Source: the human T2T-CHM13v2.0 reference genome, Homo sapiens. From it: a DNA stretch of 64,000 nucleotides. Every line of letters starts with the position of its first letter. Position 1 is the first letter of the stretch. Of this stretch, positions 63,138 to 64,000 are shown piece after piece. The DNA is taken from the NCBI RefSeq assembly GCF_009914755.1, contig NC_060928.1. One strand, given 5' to 3'. The translations under genes and the position numbers were made by a program. A model generated the notes under the pieces. That model searched no databases. It saw nothing but the letters and a program-made list of their open reading frames with translations, and was not told the DNA's origin.

Positions 63138-63929
63138 ATGTTTCTTTTTAAATAAAAATTGTTTTTATGATAACCCCCTCCCCATAAAGACATAATATAA
63201 TTATTAACAATAACACAAAAAGATAAGAGGCTTTTATGTTTTGGAATGTGGGGTAGCTTATTTTAACCTTCTTTTTTAATTGAGGTCAGCACATCAGATT
63301 TTAATGGTTTCTTGTTTGTATGATGAAAAATAACTGGTAAAGCTCATCTCCAGAAAGAAAAAAGAACAGAGTACTGAGTTTGTGGAACATTTATAGAATA
63401 GAGTTCTGCATTTAATTTCTAGATACTTGGGTGACAATAACAGACCAGAATTTACTTTTTAACAACTTTAACAGATTTAGTGTGCTCTTATCATACTTTA
63501 TAATATGAATTATGGATCATTGGCAAATCCCATCAGTAGTATTTTTGGCAGCCCTTTGATGGAAGTAGAGTTTGATTTTTACTGTGTTGTTTAAAGAAAG
63601 AATTTAATTTTTTTTTTTAACTCTTCAAAAAGTCTCAGTTTCAGTGTAATTGTAACTACATCTTTTTCTAATGGGCTTTAGGTTGTATTACTTGTGACAT
63701 CAAAGAAAACTGCATATTTTCAAGTAGAAATATAAATTAAGAGGTAACTAAAGATGAACACAGGCATCATTGTGGTAAAAATTGTAAAGCAGTCTTTTAA
63801 ATTGTAGATTACTATGTTGATACACACAGCATTCAATGACTGTTACTGGTTTATTCATTTGGCAAAATAACAGATAATCAATAGGGCAAGTGTTGTGAGT
63901 CCTCTAATTGGGGCCATATTTCCCAGGCT

Positions 63930-63961
63930 ATTTACCTATCTTTCTTTCTTCTCATTCACAG
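63930..63961 (+). other. Candidate 3' splice acceptor
   Basis: TTTACCTATCTTTCTTTCTTCTCATTCACAG is a long AG-free pyrimidine tract ending in CAG; use unproven. Confidence 0.4.
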
Positions 63962-64000
63962 ATCTTGCTGGGGATTAGTGTTAACAATCCTGTGTTTGAG

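Overview
This window is primate, almost certainly human, non-coding genomic DNA. It is AT-rich, CpG-depleted and has no CpG island. I find no supportable host protein-coding exon, tRNA, rRNA or CRISPR array. The supplied ORFs are degraded L1 ORF2 fragments, MaLR/Alu antisense ORFs, microsatellite ORFs or chance ORFs. Much of the window is interspersed repeat: about 14 Alu-family insertions (AluJ, AluS, FAM, FLAM and one ultra-truncated young Alu), a 4.85-kb 5'-truncated L1PA7-like LINE on the minus strand, a short L1PA 3' end, older L1M, L2 and MIR relics, a two-LTR MSTA MaLR element, about 8 solo THE1/MST/MLT1 LTRs (all in the first 32 kb), and MER3, MER30 and Tigger4 DNA transposons. Many insertions have readable target-site duplications (TSDs). 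T-rich + strand tracts, the antisense long L1 and a strong 3' splice site at the right edge suggest a large intron of a + strand gene; this is inference and I cannot name the gene. I found no convincing new biological system. The most notable observations are three perfect DUX4 motifs in MaLR LTRs (one in a sense THE1D with an intact splice donor), an ~18-nt-body Alu with perfect TSD, an unexplained ~110-bp dispersed duplication, a 17-bp-stem hairpin, a candidate recursive splice site, and template-switch-like microrearrangements. Subfamily names come from remembered consensus sequences, and old-repeat boundaries are approximate.
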